Counted from the first letter of the stretch, positions 27,166 through 35,050 are shown. The stretch is 50,108 bases of DNA from an uncultured Candidatus Woesearchaeota archaeon (GCA_903891505.1 CAITEO010000031.1:1-50108), one strand, 5' to 3'. Translations and numbers: made by a program. The notes: generated by a model from the letters alone, not told the origin.

Positions 27166-27450
27166 TTGTTTTTTTTGTTCATGTTCATCGAAATTGAAGG
27201 AAGGATACTAGACAAAAGAAAGTATGATAGAGAAGTTCTATTGATGAAGCGTTTACTTGAGTACGAGTTCAAAGAAGTCGTAAATAAGTACGCTCTTGAA
27301 CTTGACGATGAAAAAAACCACGAAGAAATTAAGAGCAGAAAAAGAAATCAGAGTGCTGTAATAAATCAGCACGATTTAACTTACGTTCACCCAGGAACGC
27401 TTCTTCGAATCAAACTTACTCTCGAGGAAGCGAAGTGGAGAGAGATATGA
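27166..27450 (+). CDS. hypothetical small protein
   Basis: 94-aa ORF, charged and helical. The start is uncertain (TTG at 27166, or the internal MKRLLEYEF). Confidence 0.35.
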   Translation: MFFLFMFIEIEGRILDKRKYDREVLLMKRLLEYEFKEVVNKYALELDDEKNHEEIKSRKRNQSAVINQHDLTYVHPGTLLRIKLTLEEAKWREI

Positions 27451-27507
27451 ATATCTCACCCATGTGTTCCAACGAAAACCTTTATAAACAAATCTCTATT
27501 CCAATGT

Positions 27508-27620
27508 ATCATGGATAGATAGGTGAAAGCTCATCTATACCGGAGAAGAATCGTGAATCGATTCGTTCGAAACAATTTAACCATTGATTAATCAATTGTT
27601 GATTGATTTTTTCTCCGACC
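27508..27620 (+). ncRNA. candidate small structured RNA (speculative)
   Basis: A TATA-like TTTATAAA lies at 27481-27488. One hairpin spans 27513-27541. A long stem pairs CGGAGAA (27541-27547) with TTCTCCG (27611-27617). That stem encloses a GAATCGATTC palindrome, AACAATT paired with AATTGTT, and the 14-bp palindrome ATTGATTAATCAAT (27583-27596). A T6 run lies at 27607-27612. Confidence 0.2.
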
Positions 27621-27790
27621 ATTAAACAAAAAGTGTTCGAAACAAAACTATTTGTTTAGCACCACTCGCTCTGAACGTTAAATAATATGTGCAAACGAGC
27701 TTAGTACAAACACAGAGTTTATCGAGAGGCGAGTTGGGCGTTTACTAAACAAATAAACGATGCGAATGCTAAAACACGAGGCAAAAGAAA

Positions 27791-28249
27791 ATGGCAAGAA
27801 TGCATTCAAGAGCAAAAGGAAAATCAGGAAGTCATAAGCCTGTAAAGAAAGTCGTTCCAGGATGGGTAAAATACTCTCCGAAAGAAGTTGAACTTCTTGT
27901 CGTGAAGTATGCAAAGGAAGATATGAAGGCGAGCGTTATAGGTCTTCATTTAAGAGATCAGTACGGAATACCAAGCATAAAGCTTGTGACTGGAAAGAGT
28001 GTTTCTCAAATATTAAAAGAGAAGCATGTTGAGCCTGAACTGCCAGAAGATCTTATGGCGCTAATAAGAAAGTCTGTACTTTTAACGAAGCATATGGATG
28101 AGAACAAAAAAGATTTCTCAAGTAAAAGAGGTCTTTATTTAACTAACTCTAAGATACATAGACTAGTTAAGCATTACAAGGCGACAAATAAGCTTCCTTT
28201 AGATTGGACGTATAATCCAGAAAGATTCAAGATGTACGCGCAGCAGTAA
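27791..28249 (+). CDS. rps15: 30S ribosomal protein uS15 (archaeal S15P / eukaryotic S13e type)
   Basis: MARMHSRAKGKSGSHKP is the typical archaeal N-terminus. The protein is 152 aa, with a C-terminal S15 fold segment (LLTKHMDENKKDFSSKRGLYLTNSKIHRLVKHYK). Confidence 0.9.
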   Translation: MARMHSRAKGKSGSHKPVKKVVPGWVKYSPKEVELLVVKYAKEDMKASVIGLHLRDQYGIPSIKLVTGKSVSQILKEKHVEPELPEDLMALIRKSVLLTKHMDENKKDFSSKRGLYLTNSKIHRLVKHYKATNKLPLDWTYNPERFKMYAQQ

Positions 28250-28288
28250 GTGCGCAACGTTTTTTTATTAAATTTCTAAAAAGAATAC

Positions 28289-28327
28289 CCTGGCCTTTAG
28301 GCCAGGTTGTAGTCTGGTGGTAACCAG
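28289..28327. repeat. double hairpin downstream of rps15; the first stem resembles the IS right-end hairpin
   Basis: CCTGGCC-TTTA-GGCCAGG (28289-28306) is preceded by GAATACC, compared with AGATACC before the IS right end. The second stem is CTGGT-GGTA-ACCAG (28314-28327). Confidence 0.65.
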
Positions 28328-28360
28328 TCGTAAGATTTTAGTTCTAGTAAATTAAAGAAA

Positions 28361-28890
28361 TGCGTGGCGAGCGAAAATTTTTTGCGCCACGCACTAACCT
28401 CTTCAAGTTAGCGTGAGCTTTCGTCCGCCGGAGGCGGACGAGTGGAAATAACAAATTTTGCGCATGGAGTTGGACAAAATAGTTATCATCTGGTTTGGAA
28501 ACCAAAATATTCTTGGGACGTTTTCAAATTTCCCTGGGTGAGGAAGGATTGCGAAGCAATCCTTAACGAAGCCGGGCTTCGTTATAATATCAAAATTTAT
28601 GAACTTGAAGTTATGGAGGATCACGTCCATATTTTCGTCGAAATTCCTCCAACAATGAGTGTGAGTAAAGCTATGAACTTACTTAAAGGCTTTAGTGCTT
28701 ATAAAATTTTCCAGAAACAACCATGGTTACGCCAGTATTTTAGAAAGGCCATTTTTGGAGTCCAGGAAAATTTTTCCGAAGCGTCGGAAATGTTACAGCA
28801 GAAGCAATCAAAAATTATATTGCACAAAGCAATCGTGCCGAGAGAGAACAACAGTTACTCACAAGATACCCCGCCCTTTAGGGCGGGGAG
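28361..28890 (+). mobile_element. IS200/IS605-family insertion sequence (tnpA only, IS200-like); ends approximate
   Basis: The left side carries hairpins TGCGTGGCG...CGCCACGCA (28361-28393) and CGTCCGCC-GGA-GGCGGACG (28422-28440). The right side carries CCCCGCCC-TTTA-GGGCGGGG (28869-28888). The element encloses a Y1 transposase gene. No TnpB-like ORF is present. Confidence 0.7.
28442..28881 (+). pseudogene. tnpA: IS200/IS605 Y1 transposase tnpA disrupted by a 1-nt frameshift
   Basis: The frame from 28442 encodes YHLVWKPKY and the HUH motif MEDHVHIFVEIPP, and runs into LRQYFRK near 28747. The conserved continuation GHFWSPGKFFRSVGNVTAEAIKNYIAQSN (Tyr codon at 28816-28818) lies in another frame, from 28744 to the stop at 28879-28881. 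One extra G in AAAGGCC (28744-28750) would rejoin the two parts. Confidence 0.75.
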
Positions 28891-28913
28891 CTTCATTTTT
28901 TTCCTATTATTTT

Positions 28914-28949
28914 CTGCGCTACGCGCAGCTACTTCTCGCCAAAGGCGAG
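28914..28949 (+). repeat. double-hairpin element, copy A (CTGCGC-TAC-GCGCAG ... CTCGCC-AAA-GGCGAG)
   Basis: Near-identical in architecture and sequence to 30034-30068. It lies between the IS right end and the 3' end of the NTase-HEPN gene. Confidence 0.75.
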
Positions 28950-29081
28950 TTTGTATGTAGGAACAGGAATGAGAAGAATGCTGTTTCATTATTAATATAT
29001 TTTTAATTAAGAGACTTGACGAAAATCAGAAGAGAAAATTAAGAGAAATAATCATTCAAGAAATAGTTATTAGAGATTTTT

Positions 29082-29954
29082 CTACAGACTCTTGATGTAT
29101 TTATCCATGGAGTCGACGAAGTGTTTTGCTTCGATGTAGAGTTTTTCGTACTCGGCGCCTTTTATTTCTTGGATTTGTCCCGTGCTTATTTTTTTGCTTA
29201 TTGCGTAGAATTTTCTCATTGTCCAAGGTAGTTTCTTGTTAAGTTTTTTTGTTTTTACAAGTTTTTGTTCAAGTAAATCCGCAACATGTTCAGGGCTTGG
29301 TGGAACTTCATTTATCGTCATTAGTGCTGCATGCGCTGAATCTATTACTGCCCAGTACAAATCTATTGTCGCGTCTAGTATTCGACGTTTTGAATATGCT
29401 AAACTTTTTGGTGCGCGGCTATAATATGCCCACATTGTTTCAAGGCTCGGTTTTATTCTTCCCTGTGCGAGTAATGCTTGAAGTGGATCGAAAAATCCTG
29501 TGTCTAGTAAAGCATAGCCGTCGCGCAGTATGTTGACTGCGATTGGATCTCCGACTTTCATGTATTCCCAGAATGTTGTGAATTTCATTGATGTTACATG
29601 GATTTTTGGCGATATTTTGAGCGCAGTTTTTTCAACGATGACTCTGTATGCTTGTACAAGTTCAGGGGATAGTCTCATTGAGACATCATCTACTATTAGA
29701 AGTATGTCTACGTCGTGTACTTCTTCATTTGATCTTGCTGCTGATCCGAAGAGGACTATTGCTTTTAGTAGTTCGTTTAGTTCTTTATGTATTTCTTTTG
29801 CGAACTTGTATGCAATATCTAAATTACCTGTAGAATATTGGCTTTTTGTTTGTGGTATTCTCTTATGTACACTAAAGTCCACTATGTTTCCCCTCTTTTT
29901 GATTACCCTGTTATTCAGGGGTTTATATAATTTACCTATAAATTTAGGTTTCAT
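29082..29954 (-). CDS. fused nucleotidyltransferase (MNT-like) and HEPN-like helical domain protein
   Basis: GSAARSNEEVHDVDILLIVDD is the GS...DxD pol-beta NTase motif. The C-terminal half is helical (IDLYWAVIDSAHAALM...), consistent with a HEPN-type partner domain. Confidence 0.65.
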   Translation of the reverse strand: MKPKFIGKLYKPLNNRVIKKRGNIVDFSVHKRIPQTKSQYSTGNLDIAYKFAKEIHKELNELLKAIVLFGSAARSNEEVHDVDILLIVDDVSMRLSPELVQAYRVIVEKTALKISPKIHVTSMKFTTFWEYMKVGDPIAVNILRDGYALLDTGFFDPLQALLAQGRIKPSLETMWAYYSRAPKSLAYSKRRILDATIDLYWAVIDSAHAALMTINEVPPSPEHVADLLEQKLVKTKKLNKKLPWTMRKFYAISKKISTGQIQEIKGAEYEKLYIEAKHFVDSMDKYIKSL

Positions 29955-30016
29955 AGTTTTATTATTGATTAACTGTTGCTGTTTGGTTACTTCTTTGGTT
30001 ACTTTATTTAGTTTTT

Positions 30017-30109
30017 CTGCTCTGCTCCTTTTTCTGCGCGTAGCGCAGCATTACTCGCCAAAGGCGAGATTGTAACAGTATTTTATTGTTTATTTTCTGC
30101 GGAGCAGAG
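30017..30109 (+). repeat. double-hairpin element, copy B, with an outer inverted repeat
   Basis: The outer repeat pairs CTCTGCTCC (30020-30028) with GGAGCAGAG (30101-30109). It encloses CTGCGC-GTA-GCGCAG (30034-30048) and CTCGCC-AAA-GGCGAG (30054-30068). Confidence 0.75.
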
Positions 30110-30163
30110 TAGATAAAAGAAATTTATTAGTAAAACAAAGTTTGTAAGTAAGTTAGAAAATAT

Positions 30164-32161
30164 CTATTCAAGCGGTATATCCGTCCAGGGTTTCCAGTCG
30201 TTTGATGGGGCGTACGCGCCTGCGATGAAGAATCCTGGTGCGTTGTATCCGAAGTGTTGTTCTCGCATGTTTTTGAATCTCATCTGTCTTGACACACCAT
30301 AAACTGGGCTATTAACGTAGGATAGAGTATCAAGCATCGCTGATGTTGGATTAAATGATCCTGGTTCAACTATCATATCTTTCATTCCAAGTTTTTCCAT
30401 TTGCGCGAGGAATTCTTTCATCGGAACATTTCCTTGGCCAGGTGTTAGGTGCTCGTCGTCAAATCCGAAGTTATCGCTTAGATGTACGTGTCCTACGTAT
30501 CCTCCTTTGACGAGTCGCTCTGTTTGACTTAGCATCCATTTCTGGAAATCTTTTTCGTTGAATTGACCTTTGTCATTTCTAAAGTGTTCTCTGAAATTAT
30601 TAAGGTGACCGATGTCAAGTGTTCCTTTGATGTGAGTTTTTGCAACTTCCATAGCGTCTTCTTTTGATATTGGTGTTTTCGATGTTGTCATAAGTAAGTT
30701 CGCCATTCTCTCACGTGAGGCTTTGATTACTTCTATGTATTCATCAGGGTGGCTTCCGTAGTTTTTTACACTCCAATTTTCTGGCGAGACATAGAGAGGA
30801 TCTTCAAGTCCGTATTTTGTTTTGTTTTTGTCGTATGTATCTTTTGCATATATTGCAGCTCGTGCTATTGTATCTGCTGCTTTTTCGAGGCCGTATTTCT
30901 GTGATGATTTGATATGTTCTATAGTTTCTTCTGCTTGCATTGCTTGAACATCTGCTGATGCGGATGACTCGTGTGTATATCTCATAGAATTTTCATAAGA
31001 AGAAATCGTTCTTTTGAATGCATCTTCCATTGTTTCATCGTCGCGTTTTCCTACATTTTTAGGTTGGAACTGTTTGAGTTTCCATTGTTCGTCTGGAGGA
31101 AGAGAGTCTTTGAGTTTTTTGTATAGGTTGTATTCTTCAAGAACTTTATCTCGTTGTCTCTTTTCCTCTTCATAACCTCTTGCGTGGTAAAGAGATGCGC
31201 CTTTTGCTTGAAGAACTTTGTTTTCAATTTCTATTATCGCAAACATTTCTTCAGGAGATCTCGCTGCTTGATTTTTGTGATTTTCGTTCCATTCATTTGT
31301 TTCTTTTACGAGGTCGTTCCATTTTAGTTTTTCAACTTTGAAATTTGTATTTTCTTTATCAAAGACAGGGACTCTGTTGAATAATTCTTTTGAAGTTGCG
31401 TCTTTTGAAATTTTGTTACCTTGAAGATCTATCCAATCATTTTCTTGTAGCACGTTTCCTTTAGAATCTTTTGTTCCGGCAAGACCATCATCTTTTGCTG
31501 TTTTAAATTTTGGCCTGAAAATTTCTCTATCTTTGCTAATTGAGCTAACTAAATCACCCGTTCTATCGTCTACTGCGTAGAGCGTTGCTTTTTCATCTTC
31601 GTTTTCATACGCTTCAAATTTTGCGCCTTCTCCAGACGAAAGCTGGCTTACTGGTCTTTGCCATTCATGTATGTGAAATGTGATTGCTCCGCCCTTTGTT
31701 GCTTCACCTGCGAATTGGATTGCTTTTTTTATTTCATTTAGAACATCAGCTCTTGCTTCTTCATTGAAGCCTCGTTGGCCAAAACCAGCAAGGCTGTTCG
31801 CGTGTACTGCTGCGTGTGTGCTTGTTTTCATCTCGTTTATTTTGAGAAGTTCACGCATGTCTTGTCTTTCTCTTGAGCCAAAACTTTCAGGTGTTGGCTG
31901 CTGACTATTTCCTTTGTGTTGGCCTAAAAATGAGAATTCTATTCTGCTTGTTCCTTCTCTTATTCTAGCTTTAAGCGATTCAAGAGTATTTCCCATAGGG
32001 TTTGTTGTTGTTCCAATATCTTTTGCAGTAAAATTCAGGGCGTCATCAGGGAGTATATTATCTCCATATTCATCTTGTGGTACAGTCTCAAGAGGGCCCT
32101 GATTTGTTGCGCCAGAGAGCTTATCCTGGTTAGAATAGTAATTAGTATTTGAAAACTGCAT
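30164..32161 (-). CDS. xylose-isomerase-like TIM-barrel (AP endonuclease 2 / sugar-phosphate isomerase fold) protein split by a charged helical insertion of about 350 aa
   Basis: N-terminal barrel strands are RIEFSFLG, THAAVHANSLAGFG and GAITFHIHEW. The C-terminal part carries LDIGHLNNF, GYVGHVHLSDNFGFDDEHLTPGQGNVPMKEFL and MIVEPGS. The segment between them matches no family I recognise. Confidence 0.6.
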   Translation of the reverse strand: MQFSNTNYYSNQDKLSGATNQGPLETVPQDEYGDNILPDDALNFTAKDIGTTTNPMGNTLESLKARIREGTSRIEFSFLGQHKGNSQQPTPESFGSRERQDMRELLKINEMKTSTHAAVHANSLAGFGQRGFNEEARADVLNEIKKAIQFAGEATKGGAITFHIHEWQRPVSQLSSGEGAKFEAYENEDEKATLYAVDDRTGDLVSSISKDREIFRPKFKTAKDDGLAGTKDSKGNVLQENDWIDLQGNKISKDATSKELFNRVPVFDKENTNFKVEKLKWNDLVKETNEWNENHKNQAARSPEEMFAIIEIENKVLQAKGASLYHARGYEEEKRQRDKVLEEYNLYKKLKDSLPPDEQWKLKQFQPKNVGKRDDETMEDAFKRTISSYENSMRYTHESSASADVQAMQAEETIEHIKSSQKYGLEKAADTIARAAIYAKDTYDKNKTKYGLEDPLYVSPENWSVKNYGSHPDEYIEVIKASRERMANLLMTTSKTPISKEDAMEVAKTHIKGTLDIGHLNNFREHFRNDKGQFNEKDFQKWMLSQTERLVKGGYVGHVHLSDNFGFDDEHLTPGQGNVPMKEFLAQMEKLGMKDMIVEPGSFNPTSAMLDTLSYVNSPVYGVSRQMRFKNMREQHFGYNAPGFFIAGAYAPSNDWKPWTDIPLE

Positions 32162-32294
32162 GTGATTCCTCTTTTAACTAAATGCTAATTTGATGTATAT
32201 TGAATATTTAATTGTTTTCTCCTTTTTATCTTTTGTGTTTTTGGGAAAAAAATTCTCTCTTTCTAATTGAGGCATAAAGTTTATATATTGAATC

Positions 32295-33923
32295 GTGCAT
32301 GGTTGTCTTTATTGGTTTCCCAATTTAGATTTGTGGAAAAAGAGGATTGATTTCGTGGCAGGCACTATACTTAATAGTTCACAGCTTCTTGTGAAGTATG
32401 GATTTATCAAGAGTGATGTGAAACACCTCTATAAATATGACGAAAAACAAGAATTCTATGTTCGTAAAGATGTAAAGGAAGGCGAGAAGACATATGATCC
32501 GAAGCATGCTGATGAGGAGAGAGATGAGGAAGCGAGTCTTTTCATGGGTAACACTTACACAGACACTGGTTTTCCTAAGACTGTAAAACGCTTCAGGTTA
32601 GTTCAGGAAGCATTCAACATGTCGCTTGAGAATCTTTACTTCTGGACCTTAAATCACTTAAGACACGAGATGGGTCTTCCTAATGTGATAAAAGTTACAG
32701 ATATGTTTTCAGCGTCTGAGAACAGCGCGTTTTTTGGTCAGTCTGCTCAGCGTCTTAGTATTCAAGAAGATCGAGCTAGTAGTTTTTTAAGAGGAATATC
32801 TGAACTTGTAAAGACACTGTTCCAAATTGTTCGTGAGCTAAGGCTTCTTGATGAGCGTTTGGAAGTTTATAGGGATTGGAAGAAATCTAAGAGTGCTGAT
32901 GCTACGCTTAAAGGAATCTTCTCTGATTTTGCTGAGAATAAAGGGGGACAAATGCAGCCGGGAAGCATATATCATTTGGCGAATCAAGTTGGTTATGCGG
33001 TTCTTCCAGATTTGTTTTTTAACACAATAGTTTATGACAAGGATGACGTTGACAAAGTAGTTGACGCTCTTGGTTTTAATCAGAATGTTAAGACTGTTCT
33101 TAAGAGAAAATTATATCAATTTGTTGTTTGGGTACAAAAAACTCAAGAGGAACTTGAGGCGAGACGTAAGTTCCAAATCAAGTATTTGAGACAGCATTAT
33201 ATAACAATAAAGATGTATATGACTTGGGTAAAGCCATATCTTAAGCACATAAGACGATTGACGATGAATGAGAAGCAGCTAGATGGTCCTGATATAATTT
33301 CTAGCTTTGAGACGTCAACAACTGAAATAGAAATTATAGCATATCTTGATGGGAAGAATGGAGTTAATCCTTGTGCGCTTGTTACGTATGAGTTTAATAC
33401 AAGACCTGTTATGCAGTACACTCAGGAGTATCACAGAGGACCTGTTCATATCGGTCGAGGCACAATGACTCTTCGTGCATATGCGTGGACGAAGCATGAG
33501 ATTGCTATGTATAAGAAGATGAAAGACAATGAGGATTTGGAGCTTTTGACGATGGTTGATGATCAGCTAAAATCTGCAATGGAGCTTTTAGGTGATGATT
33601 TGATGAAGTATATTAAAGAGGCTGAAGGAAAGCTTTCATCTGAAGAGGATGCTGCAAAGAGTGAAGCTCCGACAAGGAAAGAGAAACTTGAGCCTATAAC
33701 ATCCGATCAGGACGTGTTTGGTCCAATAGTTAATATTTTCAAGGGCTTCGTCGAAATTGGAGGGTTGTTTGTTCCCTCTGCATTCAAGTCGCAGCCAAAA
33801 AAGAAAGATGGTTTGGCCGAGCCTAGTTCTTCAGCACGTAAAGCTGCAATTAAGACTTCTATTTTTGTTATTTGGAATGTTTACAAGAATTACAAGAAAG
33901 CAAATGGTATGCTTGCCTGGTAA
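32295..33923 (+). CDS. hypothetical helical protein (about 540 aa)
   Basis: Long ORF with coding-like composition. The GTG start at 32295 is only 8 nt from a TATA-like TTTATATA (32280-32287). The true start may therefore be a downstream in-frame TTG or GTG (32331, 32355 or 32391). No motif recognised. Confidence 0.55.
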   Translation: MHGCLYWFPNLDLWKKRIDFVAGTILNSSQLLVKYGFIKSDVKHLYKYDEKQEFYVRKDVKEGEKTYDPKHADEERDEEASLFMGNTYTDTGFPKTVKRFRLVQEAFNMSLENLYFWTLNHLRHEMGLPNVIKVTDMFSASENSAFFGQSAQRLSIQEDRASSFLRGISELVKTLFQIVRELRLLDERLEVYRDWKKSKSADATLKGIFSDFAENKGGQMQPGSIYHLANQVGYAVLPDLFFNTIVYDKDDVDKVVDALGFNQNVKTVLKRKLYQFVVWVQKTQEELEARRKFQIKYLRQHYITIKMYMTWVKPYLKHIRRLTMNEKQLDGPDIISSFETSTTEIEIIAYLDGKNGVNPCALVTYEFNTRPVMQYTQEYHRGPVHIGRGTMTLRAYAWTKHEIAMYKKMKDNEDLELLTMVDDQLKSAMELLGDDLMKYIKEAEGKLSSEEDAAKSEAPTRKEKLEPITSDQDVFGPIVNIFKGFVEIGGLFVPSAFKSQPKKKDGLAEPSSSARKAAIKTSIFVIWNVYKNYKKANGMLAW

Positions 33924-33943
33924 GATAAAGAATGTTTGTTTTG

Positions 33944-34031
33944 TTCTAGTCTTTGATTTTTTCTAGTTTCTTCTTATAGTGTTCTACTCTTTTCATTTTT
34001 TCTACTCTTTTCTTATTTTTTCTATTTTTTT
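33944..34031 (+). terminator. array of five T-rich units, TTCTA(G/C)T + T-run; probable archaeal oligo-T terminator region
   Basis: TTCTAGT or TTCTACT words occur at 33944, 33961, 33982, 34000 and 34020, spaced 17-21 bp. Each is followed by T-runs. The array begins just after the stop at 33923. Confidence 0.35.
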
Positions 34032-34081
34032 AGTGCATTATTTCGTTAACTATTTATTTCAGGTATGTATTAGAGTAAATA

Positions 34082-34852
34082 ATGGAAGATATAGAAAGAT
34101 TGAAGACTATTTATCCTAAGGAAAAGATAAAGATGCTCGAGCGTCTAAAAGAGCTCCGCGAGGAAGAAATTAAGACTGCTGAGGCTAAGCTTTCAAAAGA
34201 GATAAAGGAACTTGAGGAGAAAAGACGCAATGAAATAAAGGAGCTTGAGATGAAACTCAAGCGCGAGAACGAGGACATAAATTCTGATATTATACAATCA
34301 ATGCTTGATTTGAGGCTTGAGGAAAGAAGACGTTTTCTTGATGATGAAACTCGAAAAAAAGATCCTGTAAGATCAGATCCTGATGTTAAGCGTTTCAAGA
34401 AAGAAGTATGGGGAACTATTAATGAAGAAGCAGGATCAGAAGGGGAAGGAATAAGAAAAGATGTACCAAAATCTGAATTGAAAGACGAATCAAAAAATAA
34501 TAGATCTCTTGATGATTCTTTAGATAATGTGCCTTTTAATATAAGGGGGCAGAATTTTGTCTACAATGTAATGGAGCGAATATCTAACAAGGAGTCCTTG
34601 AATTTTTATGAGATGACAAATTATAATCTTTATCATAGAGTTAGGGAGTTATCTGTTAAAGCAGGTGATGCACCGCTTTCGAGCGAAGAGCGCATGTTTG
34701 TTGAAGGACTTGCATACAACATGAACAAGATTTCAGAGCATGATGAGTACCAATCAACAAGCATAGATAGGCACAATTATATGTCAAGAACATCATCGCT
34801 CCTTGAGAAATTGAGTGAAGATTTCGAACACTTTAATAGAACAAACAATTAG
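34082..34852 (+). CDS. hypothetical coiled-coil protein
   Basis: The N-terminal 100 aa are strongly heptad-like and Glu/Lys/Arg-rich (KELREEEIKTAEAKLSKEIKELEEKRRNEIKELEMKLKRENE). The C-terminal half appears globular. Confidence 0.55.
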   Translation: MEDIERLKTIYPKEKIKMLERLKELREEEIKTAEAKLSKEIKELEEKRRNEIKELEMKLKRENEDINSDIIQSMLDLRLEERRRFLDDETRKKDPVRSDPDVKRFKKEVWGTINEEAGSEGEGIRKDVPKSELKDESKNNRSLDDSLDNVPFNIRGQNFVYNVMERISNKESLNFYEMTNYNLYHRVRELSVKAGDAPLSSEERMFVEGLAYNMNKISEHDEYQSTSIDRHNYMSRTSSLLEKLSEDFEHFNRTNN

Positions 34853-34883
34853 AATTTCTGACGGGTTTTCTTTACTAGCTCTA

Positions 34884-34910
34884 TTCTAGTCTTTTCTAGT
34901 CTTTTCTACT
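34884..34910 (+). terminator. three 10-bp-spaced TTCTA(G/C)TCTTTTC units after the coiled-coil gene
   Basis: TTCTAGT occurs at 34884 and 34894, and TTCTACT at 34904. It is the same word as in the 33944-34031 array. Confidence 0.3.
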
Positions 34911-35002
34911 CTGTCCTATAAAATAAAATATTTTAGTTTAGTGTTCGAGCCCGCCTTTGGCGGGTAATATTTGCGCGATAGCGCAACAATGAGGGCAGAG
35001 TA
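34907..35002 (-). repeat. double-hairpin element, copy C, inverted relative to copies A and B
   Basis: On the plus strand the order is CCCGCC-TTT-GGCGGG (34950-34964) and then TTGCGC-GATA-GCGCAA (34971-34986). The outer arms are CTACTCTGTCC (34907-34917) and GAGGGCAGAGTA (34991-35002). The reverse complement aligns with copy B. Confidence 0.7.
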
Positions 35003-35050
35003 AATGAAATTATTGAATGCATAGTGCACAGAAAATGATAGAAAAAAGGC

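Noticed and set aside
28744-28750. Programmed ribosomal frameshift in tnpA
   Set aside because: I know of no programmed frameshifting for IS200/IS605 tnpA. The site has no classical slippery heptamer with a downstream stimulatory structure. A 1-nt deletion or a sequencing error is the simpler explanation.
28695-29006. 103-aa plus-strand ORF, and a 75-aa minus-strand ORF at 28403..28630, inside the IS element
   Set aside because: They are out-of-frame or antisense readings of tnpA. Neither resembles TnpB or any other IS-encoded protein. The third frame (28744-28881) carries the genuine conserved TnpA C-terminus.
28900-30160. TnpB / omega-RNA partner for the IS200/IS605 tnpA
   Set aside because: The only adjacent sizeable ORF (29082..29954) has a nucleotidyltransferase motif and is too short. 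It lacks RuvC-like or zinc-finger motifs. No TnpB-like ORF of about 400 aa exists near either tnpA copy.
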